Source: Bacteriovoracaceae bacterium (GTDB taxonomy: Bacteria > Bdellovibrionota > Bacteriovoracia > Bacteriovoracales > Bacteriovoracaceae). Taken from it: DNA of 64,000 nt. Shown in pieces: positions 28,844 to 38,929 of this stretch. The notes under the pieces were generated by a model. That model searched no databases. It saw nothing but the letters and a program-made list of their open reading frames with translations, and had not been told where the DNA came from. Every line of letters begins with the position of its first letter. The stretch's first letter is position 1. Where the stretch lies: the NCBI GenBank assembly GCA_947451425.1, contig CANGAC010000001.1, forward strand, positions 482-64,481, written 5' to 3'. The translations under genes were made by a program, and so were the position numbers.

Positions 28844-29312
28844 GGGTGACGACGTCTTTCCACGTCGCAAGAGTGAGCTTCTTTAGCTCCAGGCCATTCT
28901 CTTTCGTGGAACTTTCATCAGCAAGATAGTCCTCAAGATCAAGGACAGAGTCTTCGAGTTCTTCCACGAGTTCAGCCGTATCGTTATCATCTGAAGCACC
29001 AGAAACAGCGTAACCGGTCAGGAAATAATCAAGGCGTCCGAGAGCATCCTGGAGAAATTTCTTGAGATCAGAACTCTCTTCAAGAAGCGCATCCATTTCT
29101 TTGTGAACGTTCGCCTTCACATGGTCATGAAGGGCCTTCATGTCTTTTTCCCAGATTTTATAATCTTCGATTTCTGCTTCCATGAGCACTTCTTCCATCG
29201 CTGTTTTAAAAGGAACCGGCTTGTCTGCCACAAAAGTTCCGAGATAGAACGCACGGATCTGGCCTTCTGTAATAGAGGCGTCTGTAGTCGCGAGAAGTGT
29301 GGAGAGGGCCAT
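28830..29312 (-). CDS. Acidic helical hypothetical protein (possibly UPF0149/YecA-like)
   Basis: 'IRAFYLG', 'YFLTGY'; Asp/Glu-rich; family assignment tentative. Confidence 0.55.
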   Translation of the reverse strand: MALSTLLATTDASITEGQIRAFYLGTFVADKPVPFKTAMEEVLMEAEIEDYKIWEKDMKALHDHVKANVHKEMDALLEESSDLKKFLQDALGRLDYFLTGYAVSGASDDNDTAELVEELEDSVLDLEDYLADESSTKENGLELKKLTLATWKDVVTLKKA

Positions 29313-29496
29313 GATTTTCTACCTGTTGAGCGGGAATTATTGAGTAAATATTACCCTTATCCGCAGTTTTTTTACATCAAGATTAGTAGTGAATGCATAC
29401 TGGGGCGCATGAAAAATACTGCCAGCATCCTGAATATCGTTTTCTGGGGAACCAAAATCGGTTTGTTCTGCTATTTTTTCCGGGATGTTATCAGCT

Positions 29497-30285
29497 TTAT
29501 TTTTTAAACGGATCTTCGAGCTTCTCGCCATTCTGGAGTCTCCAGATCTTCACGGCCCGGATGAAGACATTGTAGGCCGCCAACGCCGAAACCACGAAAC
29601 CATGAGTCCCGTCTAAAATTCCCAGCCGCCATAAATAGTGCCTGATAAATCGTCCGAAGGGCCTGAAAACGAGATAGGGAAGTCCTATCACACGACCTGT
29701 TTTCTGAAATTTCTCAAACCGGTCCTGGGCACCCCAGGTGGTGTAGCGATCGGCTTTCTTCAAATACGAAGTCACATCTTTGTAGGTGTAATGGATGAGC
29801 TTCTCTTTGAGAATAGAGATGCTGCCCTTAGTTTCAATTTCTGCGTGAACGTGTTTGTTCTGATAACGGCATTCGTCTTTTTTGAAAAGGCGAATGACTT
29901 TGTCCGATTGCCATCCTGAGTAATTTATTCTTTTTCCCATGAAGTGATTACGGCGATAGATCCAGAAGGCTGAATGAGTCGTGCCGTTTTTCACAGTGGC
30001 CTTGATTTCTTCCACCAATTCTGGAGTCGGTCTTTCGTCAGCGTCGAGGAGAAAAATCCAGGGATGAGTGGCCTGAGGGATCGTCCAGTTTTTCTGGGCC
30101 GCTGAATGCTCGTATTCATGCTGGAGAAGCTTCGCCTGTGGGAAACTCCGGACAATCTCAACCGTCTTATCAGTGGAGAAGGAATCAACGACAATGATTT
30201 CGTCGCACCAGAGAACGGACTCAATTGCCGCCCTGATATTTGATTCCTCATTGAAGGTCGGAATGATGGCAGTTATCTTATCCAT
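29497..30285 (-). CDS. Glycosyltransferase family 2 (LPS core glucosyltransferase, WaaE/KdtX-like)
   Basis: Start at 'MDKITAIIPTFNEE'; 'VVDSFSTD', 'LDADER', 'G.LDG.HG'. Confidence 0.92.
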   Translation of the reverse strand: MDKITAIIPTFNEESNIRAAIESVLWCDEIIVVDSFSTDKTVEIVRSFPQAKLLQHEYEHSAAQKNWTIPQATHPWIFLLDADERPTPELVEEIKATVKNGTTHSAFWIYRRNHFMGKRINYSGWQSDKVIRLFKKDECRYQNKHVHAEIETKGSISILKEKLIHYTYKDVTSYLKKADRYTTWGAQDRFEKFQKTGRVIGLPYLVFRPFGRFIRHYLWRLGILDGTHGFVVSALAAYNVFIRAVKIWRLQNGEKLEDPFKK

Positions 30286-30306
30286 AGGGTAAAATAACCT
30301 TATCGT

Positions 30307-31344
30307 ATGAATGACGCCTCGTCTAAAAATATTCTCATAATCCAGACCGCTTTCATTGGCGACACCATCCTTGCGAGCCAATTTGCTGCCGCGGTCAAGG
30401 CCCGTTTTCCTGACTCTAAGATCCATTTCTTCCTCAGAAAAGGCAATGAATCGGTGATACAGGGCCTTCCTACAATTGAGAAAGTCTGGGTCTGGGACAA
30501 GGCCGGCGGAAAGACCAGGAACCTCATGAGGCTCATCTCTGAGCTTCGTCAGATAAAATTTGATTACGTCTTCAACCTTCACCGGCATTTCAATTCGGGT
30601 CTTGTAACAAGTCTCATGAAATCCAAAGTGAAGGCAGGTTTCCGGCAGAATCCGATGAGTGGATTTTACACGCACAAAGTTGATCATCTGATTCCGCACA
30701 AATCTTCAGTGAACGAAAAGAATACCTGGCATGAAGTGCAGAGAAATCTCCAGCTCCTTCAGCTCGTTGATCCCGGTTATAAAATTTCTGAGAACATGAA
30801 AGACTATCGTCCCGAGCTTGCGCTTCTTCCGAAACATTTTGAAAAAACGGCGAAATACAAAACGGAAGAATATTTTGTTGTGGCCCCCGCTTCTGTCTGG
30901 TTCACCAAGGCGTGGAGTGAAAGTAAGTATCGCGAACTCACCCAGGAACTGGTGAAAAAAGGGAAGGTTCTTTTCATTGGTGCTGCCGGAGACAAGGAAC
31001 TTTGCGACCGGATTCGGAGTGGTTTTCCCAATACGGAGAATCTTTGCGGAGAGCTTAATCTTCTTGATTCCGCTGCCCTCATGAAGGATGCCCACCGGGT
31101 CTTTGTCAATGATTCGGCTCCTCTTCACCTTGCAAGTTGCGTGAATGCCCGTACTACCGCGATTTTCTGTTCCACAGTTCCCGCCTATGGATATATTCCC
31201 CTGGCCCTTGATTCTGTGGTGGTAGATGTGGGAGATTCCCTCTCCTGCAGGCCATGTGGACTTCACGGGTATAAAGCATGTCCGCTAGGACATTTTAAGT
31301 GCTCGCTCGATATCGATGTGACCCGGGTCCTACAAACAATCTGA
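30307..31344 (+). CDS. Glycosyltransferase family 9 (heptosyltransferase-like)
   Basis: 'IQTAFIGD', 'TKAW', 'NDSAPLHLA', 'CRPCG.HG..CP..HF.C'. Confidence 0.92.
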   Translation: MNDASSKNILIIQTAFIGDTILASQFAAAVKARFPDSKIHFFLRKGNESVIQGLPTIEKVWVWDKAGGKTRNLMRLISELRQIKFDYVFNLHRHFNSGLVTSLMKSKVKAGFRQNPMSGFYTHKVDHLIPHKSSVNEKNTWHEVQRNLQLLQLVDPGYKISENMKDYRPELALLPKHFEKTAKYKTEEYFVVAPASVWFTKAWSESKYRELTQELVKKGKVLFIGAAGDKELCDRIRSGFPNTENLCGELNLLDSAALMKDAHRVFVNDSAPLHLASCVNARTTAIFCSTVPAYGYIPLALDSVVVDVGDSLSCRPCGLHGYKACPLGHFKCSLDIDVTRVLQTI

Positions 31345-31353
31345 GGTTTTTTT

Positions 31354-31767
31354 ATGAAATACGCTCTTCTTCTCGCCTTTCTCTCACTTCCCGTGTTCGC
31401 AGCTCCGGTGAAGCTTAATTTTACCCAGACGATGGGAAAAACGGGCAAAGTCTATTTCGCTGTTTTCAATTCTTCATCGCAGTTTCCGAAAGGGAAGCCT
31501 GTCACTTCCGGATCCGTTTCTGTCGCCGGTGAACGTGAAGCTTCTTTTTTAGTAGATCTTCCTGCGGGGGATTACGCTGTATCTATTTTCCTGGATGAGA
31601 ATAATAACGGGAAACTGGACCAGAATTTTATCGGAATTCCTACAGAACGATTCGGCTTTTCAAATAATCCTCGTATCCTGACCGGGGCTCCGTCATACAA
31701 TGACTGCCTCATCAGAGTTCTGGATCAGGAAAATGATTTCACGATCCGCCTGATTAAACTTTTCTAG
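31354..31767 (+). CDS. DUF2141 family exported protein
   Basis: 'G.YAV....DEN.NGKLD.NFIGIPTE.FGFSNN'. Confidence 0.88.
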   Translation: MKYALLLAFLSLPVFAAPVKLNFTQTMGKTGKVYFAVFNSSSQFPKGKPVTSGSVSVAGEREASFLVDLPAGDYAVSIFLDENNNGKLDQNFIGIPTERFGFSNNPRILTGAPSYNDCLIRVLDQENDFTIRLIKLF

Positions 31768-32773
31768 ATCGAAGAAATTCAGCGAGAACTTCCTCCGGAC
31801 CTCTGAGGAGGATTTTCTCACCCTGGCGGTTGATATCTCTCAGGTAAATGGGGTCGTAGTAATCTTTGAGAAGAGAAGTGATCCATCCTGAGTGATTTGA
31901 TAGCTCTTCCACACTGGAAAAAGCTTCTTTCATTTCGGCCTTGATCCTTTCGTAGTTCACACCACCAAGACTCTTTTTAATCTTCTCCAGGGAAGAAAGA
32001 AAGAAAACTTCGCGCGATCCTTTTACGTATAGTTCAAAAATATTCTCCACTCTTTTTTCAAGAGGGACTTCCAGAACGACCATAGGAGAGTTTCTCATGT
32101 GGTGAAAAAACCTGCGGGGCACTGCAATTTTCCCCAGAGTCGCACTCTCATCCTCGACGACGAATTTCTGGTTTTCAAACTTCATGAGTTCGAGTGCGAA
32201 ATTATTTTCAAAAGTTATCTGGGACGGTTGAGGTCCAAGATTTCCGAAAGCGGAACCGCGGTGATTCGCAAGTTTCTCTATATCAATGTTCTCAAAGCGT
32301 TGGATGAAGTCGGTTTTTCTGGAACCAGTGGGGCCTCCGATTCTTATCAGATCAGGTAAAGGAGCTTCATCGAGCCACGACAGAAAAAAACGGCGGAGTC
32401 TCTTGTACCCACCCTGAATGGGTTTTTTATTCATCCCGATCCATTCACAGGTAATCTGAGAACGAAGCCCCCCGCGGAAGCAAAAGACTTCAGTCTCAGG
32501 ATTTTCGCGTATGTATTTTCTCCACAACTCAATTCTTTCTTCTTTGATCGCACCACTGACGAGTTCATGTCCAAGCTTGATCGCGGCTGCCTGTCCATGT
32601 TCCTTGTAGCAAGTCCCGATCAGGACCCGTTCTTCGTCATTCATGATCGGAAGATTCTGCGAAAAGGGAATAGAGCCTTCCAGAAATTCTCCCGGAGAGC
32701 GCACATCAATGAGCGGAGTTCTTTTCAGGAAGATGTTTCTGAGCTCGGGATCATTCCACAGAGACATGAACAT
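31754..32773 (-). CDS. mnmH: tRNA 2-selenouridine synthase
   Basis: Rhodanese 'IDVRSP.EF', 'CFRGGLRS', 'GGYK'; P-loop 'GPTGSRKT'; 'ANHRGSAFG'. Confidence 0.95.
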   Translation of the reverse strand: MFMSLWNDPELRNIFLKRTPLIDVRSPGEFLEGSIPFSQNLPIMNDEERVLIGTCYKEHGQAAAIKLGHELVSGAIKEERIELWRKYIRENPETEVFCFRGGLRSQITCEWIGMNKKPIQGGYKRLRRFFLSWLDEAPLPDLIRIGGPTGSRKTDFIQRFENIDIEKLANHRGSAFGNLGPQPSQITFENNFALELMKFENQKFVVEDESATLGKIAVPRRFFHHMRNSPMVVLEVPLEKRVENIFELYVKGSREVFFLSSLEKIKKSLGGVNYERIKAEMKEAFSSVEELSNHSGWITSLLKDYYDPIYLRDINRQGEKILLRGPEEVLAEFLRSRKV

Positions 32774-33788
32774 CCTGTTTCATCGCAACTGTTCCAATAA
32801 TGGAGGTGCCCGGAAATTTCTCTGAAAGTCGCTTAATAATATCATTGGCAAAAGCCGGAGAGACAGAAAGAAGTAGTCCTCCGCTTGTTTGCGGATCAAA
32901 CAGAACCTGTTTCTCAAGTTCTGTGATTCCCTCATTCCATTTCATGGAAGCGCGGGTGTATTCCTCGTTACTCTTATGGGCCTTCGTCAGCCATCCTTTT
33001 TCCAGAGAGCTCATCGTTCCCTTGAAAAGAGGAAGGGAAGAATAATTCAAAATAATTGTTTTATCTGAGGCCTTCGCTAACTGGTAGCCGTGTCCTGCAA
33101 GGCCAAACCCCGTAATGTCTGTTGCCGCATGGATCGATGAGATTTCATCGAGAGTTAAGAGGTCTATGGCATTATTAAGGCGTTTCATCGACTCAATAGC
33201 TTCGCGGGCGAAGTCTTCCGCTATTTCCTGTTTTTTAATTCCGGCACAGATCGTCCCTGTTCCCAATGGTTTTGTGAGAATCAGCACATCTCCGACTTTC
33301 GCTCCGGCATTTGTCCAGACCGATTCATTTTCCACGAGACCTGTGACGGAGAGTCCGAATTTCAATGTGTCGTCATCAATACTATGGCCACCAACGAGTG
33401 AAGCTTTGGCTTCGGCAATAACCGAAGAAGCACCCTGAAGAACCTGCTGAATCGTTGCTGGCTCCATTGTCGCAAGCGGGGCTGCGAGAATGGCCATGCA
33501 GGTTTTCGGCGTTCCACCCATGGCGTAGACATCACTTAAAGAATTCGCCGCAGCTACGGCACCAAAGTCATAGGGATCATCAACAATCGGAGTAAAAAAA
33601 TCTAATGTTTGAACCAGAGAATGGGTTTCACTGATTTTAAAGATGGCCGCATCATCGAAACTGGCCCCATCAACAGTGACGCCTTCAATAAGAGGAGGGA
33701 AAGTCACTCCTGCCAGGATTTCCCGAAGCATGACCGCCGGAACTTTGGCAGCACAGCCGCCTTTCTTAACTGTCTGGGTGAGTTTCAT
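32751..33788 (-). CDS. selD: Selenophosphate synthetase (Cys form)
   Basis: 'GGCAAK', 'DFFTPIVDDPYDFG', 'SDVYAMGG', 'TDITGFGL', 'DPQTSGGLL'. Confidence 0.97.
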   Translation of the reverse strand: MKLTQTVKKGGCAAKVPAVMLREILAGVTFPPLIEGVTVDGASFDDAAIFKISETHSLVQTLDFFTPIVDDPYDFGAVAAANSLSDVYAMGGTPKTCMAILAAPLATMEPATIQQVLQGASSVIAEAKASLVGGHSIDDDTLKFGLSVTGLVENESVWTNAGAKVGDVLILTKPLGTGTICAGIKKQEIAEDFAREAIESMKRLNNAIDLLTLDEISSIHAATDITGFGLAGHGYQLAKASDKTIILNYSSLPLFKGTMSSLEKGWLTKAHKSNEEYTRASMKWNEGITELEKQVLFDPQTSGGLLLSVSPAFANDIIKRLSEKFPGTSIIGTVAMKQDVHVSVE

Positions 33789-34865
33789 TTATTTTCTCAC
33801 AAGCTTGCCGATTTTTCCTTCATCGGTAGAAAACCACATATTTCCATCTGGACCAGTGCGGACATTCCTGAAGCGCCAGTCGAGATCCTTAATCAGTTCT
33901 TCCTGCTTCACCACTTTCTTTCCGTCCATTACCAGACGTCTCAGGTGCTGCTCCCCCAGACAAGCGAGAAAGATATTATTCTTCCATTCCGGGAATGTTG
34001 TTCCTTCATAGAAGGTAATGGCCGATGGAGAGATGGAAGGAACCCAATAAACGATCGGCTGTTCCGTTCCGGCCTTAGTCCCGTCAGCAATTTTTGGCCC
34101 GTGATATTCTCTTCCGTAAGTTGCAATCGGCCAGCCGTAGTTTTTCTTTCTTTCCACGACGTTGATTTCATCACCACCGCGCGGACCGAACTCAGCTTCC
34201 CAGAGTTCATCTGTCCCTGGTTTCATCACTAGTCCCTGAGGATTTCTGTGACCGTAACTCCAGATTTCAGGTTTAGCACCAGGTGCTCCTTCGAATGGAT
34301 TATCTTTCGGAACTGTTCCGTCTTCATTAATTCGAAGAACTTTCCCCTGGTGATAAGTAATGTCCTGAGCTTTTTCCTGCTGCCCTCTCTCACCAATCGA
34401 AACGAAGATGTGTCCCTTTCCGTCAAAGACGATGCGGGATCCATAGTGATGATCATGGGAATTTGGCTTCCAGGCGGTGAAAAGTTTTTTCACATTCTGA
34501 AGTGAATCACCCACGACATCCGCTTTCGCGAGAGCTGTGGTCGATCTTTCTTTTTCCACAGGTTCAGAATAAGTGAAATAAATGGATCCATCTTTATGAA
34601 CCCGGACATCCAGAAGGCCGCCTTGTCCCGCTGAATGGACAGCTGGCACATTCTTGAGAAGGGTCACTGCTTTTGTTTTGGGATCAAAGATTCCCATCTT
34701 TCCCCCGCGCTCAGTGAAGATCATTCTTCCATCTGAGAAGAAATCAAATCCCCAGATCACGTCATCCCGGGAGACAACAGTTTCCACATCGAATTTTACA
34801 TTCTCTGATTGATAGAACTTGGCTTCAGCCGAAAGTGCGATGAGAAGGAAAAAAAGAATCTTCAT
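33789..34865 (-). CDS. PQQ-dependent aldose sugar dehydrogenase (YliI/Asd family)
   Basis: Signal from ATG 34865; 'GQGGLLD', 'HYGSRI', 'SYGHRNPQG', 'GPRGGDE', 'NYGWP'. Confidence 0.92.
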   Translation of the reverse strand: MKILFFLLIALSAEAKFYQSENVKFDVETVVSRDDVIWGFDFFSDGRMIFTERGGKMGIFDPKTKAVTLLKNVPAVHSAGQGGLLDVRVHKDGSIYFTYSEPVEKERSTTALAKADVVGDSLQNVKKLFTAWKPNSHDHHYGSRIVFDGKGHIFVSIGERGQQEKAQDITYHQGKVLRINEDGTVPKDNPFEGAPGAKPEIWSYGHRNPQGLVMKPGTDELWEAEFGPRGGDEINVVERKKNYGWPIATYGREYHGPKIADGTKAGTEQPIVYWVPSISPSAITFYEGTTFPEWKNNIFLACLGEQHLRRLVMDGKKVVKQEELIKDLDWRFRNVRTGPDGNMWFSTDEGKIGKLVRK

Positions 34866-34872
34866 ATATACC

Positions 34873-35646
34873 TCAGATAATCTTGATAAAATTTTTGTCC
34901 GGCATGCGAATGCGCGGCCCATACACTCCCTTAGGAGATCTTTTGCCCGCGCTGATGACCATCACCACTTCATCTCCGCAGGAGAGTTCAAGAATCTTTC
35001 CTACCCGTGCAGAATCGAATCCTTCCATCGGACATGAATCGTAACCAAAGGCAGAAAACCCCAGCATGATATTTTCGCACGCAAGAGCTGTACTTTTCAC
35101 GGCCCAGACTCTCATGTCAGCAACGCTTGCTGGTCCTCGTGGCATCGGTTTAAATAGTCCTGTGATATTGAGGGCAAGTTTTTTGAAAGGACCAAGAATT
35201 CCGAAAGGGCCGACTGAATAGGCCAGAGGCACGATCTTGTTGTAATAATCTTTCGCGGCTTGCGGGACATTAGGAGTGTCATTCAGTTGTTTTAACATAT
35301 CCTGGCTGACTTTTTTCCAGGTCTTTCTTTTCGCCACGGCCACAATCAGTTCCTGGGCGGTACTCGCGGCAGGCTGAGACATAAGCGCCTCTACCATCAA
35401 AGTTTTTTTATCCGCGCTTTTCACCCAATAAAATTCCCATGGCTGAAGGTTCGAAGAATTGGGAGCAAGTAGTCCCCAGTGGAGAACTTTTTCTACAACT
35501 TCCTGAGGGATTTTTTCGTCAGTGTAATAACGAACGGAGCGGCGGTTCAGGATAATCTTATCAAGTTCAACCGGGGAGACCGGCTGGATTTTTTCCTCGT
35601 GCTGGTAAGTGGCCATGTCTTCAATCAGGTTCTTGAAATCGGCCAT
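34873..35646 (-). CDS. Nitroreductase family protein
   Basis: 'RRSVR.Y', 'APNSSNLQPW', 'DSCPMEGFD'. Confidence 0.92.
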   Translation of the reverse strand: MADFKNLIEDMATYQHEEKIQPVSPVELDKIILNRRSVRYYTDEKIPQEVVEKVLHWGLLAPNSSNLQPWEFYWVKSADKKTLMVEALMSQPAASTAQELIVAVAKRKTWKKVSQDMLKQLNDTPNVPQAAKDYYNKIVPLAYSVGPFGILGPFKKLALNITGLFKPMPRGPASVADMRVWAVKSTALACENIMLGFSAFGYDSCPMEGFDSARVGKILELSCGDEVVMVISAGKRSPKGVYGPRIRMPDKNFIKII

Positions 35647-35656
35647 GTCTTATCCT

Positions 35657-38600
35657 TTAGCTTAAGAGGTGCTGGAAATCGTCCATTGTGAGTTTTCCGC
35701 TGAAGTAATCGTCATCATCTTCGGCCATGAGGTCACGGAAGAGTTCGCGCTTACTTTGCTGGAGGACGAGAACTTTTTCTTCAACTGATTCTTTAATAAT
35801 CGGACGGTATACAGTGAGCTTATTTTCCTGACCGATACGGTGGGCACGGTCGATCGCCTGTCTTTCTACCGCAGGATTCCACCATGGATCCATGAGGAAA
35901 ATGTAGCTGGCTGCCGTAAGGTTCAAACCGAATCCCCCGGCCTTAAGCGAGATGAGGAAGATTTGAGCATCGCCGTTCTGGAATAGCTCAACCTGCTCGC
36001 CTCTTTTCTTGATCGTCTGGGAACCGTCAATCCGTGCGTACTTCCATCCAGCAACCTGAATCTTATTCTGAATGAGATCGAGATAGGTCGTGAACTGCGA
36101 GAAGATGAGGGTCTTGTGACCTTCTTCCACCAGCTGCTCAAGGTTCTCCATGAGGAAATCGATTTTCGTCGAGTGGAGTGCTGGTTGTTTCTGCCAAAGA
36201 CAAAGCTGACGGAGTTCCAGAAGAGATTTCAGAACTTCGCCGTAACGTTTGGCTCCAGGAGCAATGATATTGGAACGAACGGCGTTGAGTTTCTGCTTAT
36301 AAAATTCTTTTTCTTCCGGTGCAAAATCAAGGAACACATGGTTTTCGATTTTCTCAGGAAGCTCTTTCAGTACCTGGTCTTTCGTTCTTCTCAGGATGAA
36401 AGGCTTCACTGTCCGGCGGGCAAGAAGCCTGTTCTTATTCTTGGACGATGATCTTACGAGTCCGAGGTCTCCCCACACACCTGGAACACAAAGGTCCATG
36501 ATGTTGTAAAACTCGGAGAGATCATTTTCAACCGGCGTACCAGTTAAGCAGATGCGGAACTTGGCCTTGAGTTGTCTGGCGGCATTTGCTCCCAGAGACC
36601 TGATATTTTTCAGGTGCTGGACTTCATCAAAGATCAGGATATCAAATTCGTCTTCTCCCAATGTGGAGAAGGATTCTTTTTTCATAAGACCGTACGACGT
36701 AAGTACAACCTGTGCGTCGGTTTTGTACTCCCGCTCATCTCCATAATAAATGGAGTAGGTGAGGTCAGAGAATTTTTCAAGTTCATTGCGCCAGTTATAA
36801 AGGATGGAGACCGGACAGATAATGAGAACTTTTTTGACCTTATCCTTCAGCGTCTGGAGGAGCATGATCGTCTGGAGTGTCTTACCGAGACCCATATCAT
36901 CAGCGAGACAGGCCCCGAAGCGGTGCTCATAGAGGAAACGCAGCCAGTTGTAACCGGCCACCTGGTACGGGCGAGCGATTTCAGCATAACGTTCGTGAAC
37001 GTCATACTGGGGCATGTCTTTCATCGTCATGATCTTATCGCAGAACTCTTCTTCTTCTGAAGTCAGAGCTCCTTCAATTCCCAGGCGCTTAAGTTCGAAG
37101 AGTTCAAAAATTCTCGAGCGCTGAAGGAAGAGTCCGAAGCGGGATGTACCTTTGCCGCCTTCTTTCTTTTCACCTTCAAACTTCGTGTATCTTTTCATGA
37201 AGCGAAGGAGATCTTTCTGCTCGTCAGAAAGCAGGACCAGACCCTTGTTTGAGAGGAGGAAATTATCCGTCATCTCAGCGTTCTTGATTACCTCGAGATC
37301 GTCATCGCTCACGATCAGATCCAGCTGAAACCAATCGAGCTTTTCGCGGTTTCTTTCAAACCGGATCGTACTCTTCCAGGTTCTCACCTGTTGCTGGTCA
37401 TAGAAGATCGGAATATTAAGCGGAGTCAGAGACATGTAGAAAGGAGCGATCCCCTCGAGGAGATTGTTCTTCGGTATCTGGAAGATAATTTTGCGGTCAT
37501 CTTTTATATAAAAAGAAGTCTTGAAACCAATTTCCCCGAAGCTATCGAGGAATGACAGGAAGACTTTCTTAAAGACCTTAGTCTTCAGAATGAAAATCTT
37601 CTTAAAGGCCGGGTCAAAGAACGGAAGCTCTTCTTCTTTCATGATGAGAGTAATCCACTCATTCATGATTTGTTTTTTCGAATTGCTGTGAAGATACTTT
37701 TTATGGAGGACGGTATCCCGGTCAAAGTCTTCAATGAGTGTCTTAAAAAACAGCATGGCATCGTTTCTGGTGCGGAAGCTTGAAGAGTAACCATGGTCAC
37801 TCACAAAAAGCAGAAACGGCGAAGGCATCGGAACAAGTTTCTGATCAACTGTGAAAAGCTCGAGTTCAAGATTCAGAAAACTTTTCCGCGGAGATGGATT
37901 AATGGAGAATCTGTACTCCATGTCTTCCACCGGGAAAGTTTCCCAGCTATCACCTTCAACCAGAAGCTCAGCGAAACCTTTCTCTTTCATCGGGAGAAAA
38001 AGACGGATGAAATCCTGGATATCACCTACGACATCCGTGAGCTTGAGCTTCGAAACTAATTCACGCATCTCACTTGGAAGATCAAGGGCCTCTCCCGTTT
38101 TCCAGTTAAAGAGATAGAGGATATCGAAAAGAGAAACCTCTTTTACTTCTTCCCCGTCGCGCCAGCTGAAAATGTAGGTGTATTTGCCTTCAATATAGAT
38201 CGCGTCTTTGTATTCTTCGAGAATGGTCGCTGGAACGAGATTGACGATCAGTTTCCCGTGCCACTTCGTCGGAGCAGGGAATGTCGCGACTTTTCTGCTC
38301 ACAAGTGTGTACTGAAGAGAACTGAATGTTGAATTAGTCCTGGCACCGGTGAGAAGGGGAGCAGTTTTGACGAGAGATCCATATCTTTCGACATGGACTC
38401 CTTCCTGATTGAGCAGAGAAAGAGGAACAGACATGCCGCCAGGTTTTAGACTCTGCTTGTCCTGCATATCACTGAACTTGATCAGGAGACTTGCAGTATG
38501 GTGACAAGGCTTCTCAGCACTCCAGAGATTACACGAACACTGAGTCGTGAGAATGTCTGTGGCGTTTTTGTAGCTCACCTTGGATTCATAGTTTGTATTA

Positions 38601-38773
38601 TTTTCCGCGATGATCCCGGAAATAATAAAATATGTATCGAGAGAACCTTTCATGAAAGAAAGTGAAACGCGTCCTTGCTCCACCATCCGGCGAGCGAGAA
38701 AAGTCACTTCTTGTGTGAAGGCCTTATTGAGAATGTCCTCAGCTCTATTCGTATATTCCACGGTGCCTTTCAT
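35657..38773 (-). CDS. SWIM zinc finger + SNF2 family helicase/ATPase
   Basis: 'CSC......PCHH' SWIM; 'LADDMGLGKT', 'DEVQ', 'TGTPVEN', 'DPWWNPAVE.QA.DRAHRIGQ'. Confidence 0.95.
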   Translation of the reverse strand: MKGTVEYTNRAEDILNKAFTQEVTFLARRMVEQGRVSLSFMKGSLDTYFIISGIIAENNTNYESKVSYKNATDILTTQCSCNLWSAEKPCHHTASLLIKFSDMQDKQSLKPGGMSVPLSLLNQEGVHVERYGSLVKTAPLLTGARTNSTFSSLQYTLVSRKVATFPAPTKWHGKLIVNLVPATILEEYKDAIYIEGKYTYIFSWRDGEEVKEVSLFDILYLFNWKTGEALDLPSEMRELVSKLKLTDVVGDIQDFIRLFLPMKEKGFAELLVEGDSWETFPVEDMEYRFSINPSPRKSFLNLELELFTVDQKLVPMPSPFLLFVSDHGYSSSFRTRNDAMLFFKTLIEDFDRDTVLHKKYLHSNSKKQIMNEWITLIMKEEELPFFDPAFKKIFILKTKVFKKVFLSFLDSFGEIGFKTSFYIKDDRKIIFQIPKNNLLEGIAPFYMSLTPLNIPIFYDQQQVRTWKSTIRFERNREKLDWFQLDLIVSDDDLEVIKNAEMTDNFLLSNKGLVLLSDEQKDLLRFMKRYTKFEGEKKEGGKGTSRFGLFLQRSRIFELFELKRLGIEGALTSEEEEFCDKIMTMKDMPQYDVHERYAEIARPYQVAGYNWLRFLYEHRFGACLADDMGLGKTLQTIMLLQTLKDKVKKVLIICPVSILYNWRNELEKFSDLTYSIYYGDEREYKTDAQVVLTSYGLMKKESFSTLGEDEFDILIFDEVQHLKNIRSLGANAARQLKAKFRICLTGTPVENDLSEFYNIMDLCVPGVWGDLGLVRSSSKNKNRLLARRTVKPFILRRTKDQVLKELPEKIENHVFLDFAPEEKEFYKQKLNAVRSNIIAPGAKRYGEVLKSLLELRQLCLWQKQPALHSTKIDFLMENLEQLVEEGHKTLIFSQFTTYLDLIQNKIQVAGWKYARIDGSQTIKKRGEQVELFQNGDAQIFLISLKAGGFGLNLTAASYIFLMDPWWNPAVERQAIDRAHRIGQENKLTVYRPIIKESVEEKVLVLQQSKRELFRDLMAEDDDDYFSGKLTMDDFQHLLS

Positions 38774-38929
38774 TCGTGAGGAAAAGAGTAGTATAGGCGA
38801 AAAAGCACTCTTTGAAACTTGATTCGCCTTTTTTGCGAAGTGATTGACTCGCCGCTCTCGAAAGCATTTCGTTGATTAATCGGACTTAAACTCTAAAATG
38901 GAATTCTAAACTTATTTATTGGGAGTTCT

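Noticed and set aside
30286-30699. N-terminal extension of the 400-aa GT2 ORF
   Set aside because: It overlaps the divergent GT9 gene; GT2 homology begins at ATG 30285
33740-33788. Selenocysteine (UGA) recoding in SelD
   Set aside because: The active-site codon is TGT (Cys) in GGCAAK and there is no in-frame TGA
35657-38773. SNF2 helicase as an anti-phage system (DISARM/Zorya-like)
   Set aside because: SWIM-SNF2 is a widespread stand-alone architecture; no methylase or nuclease partners; host-like composition
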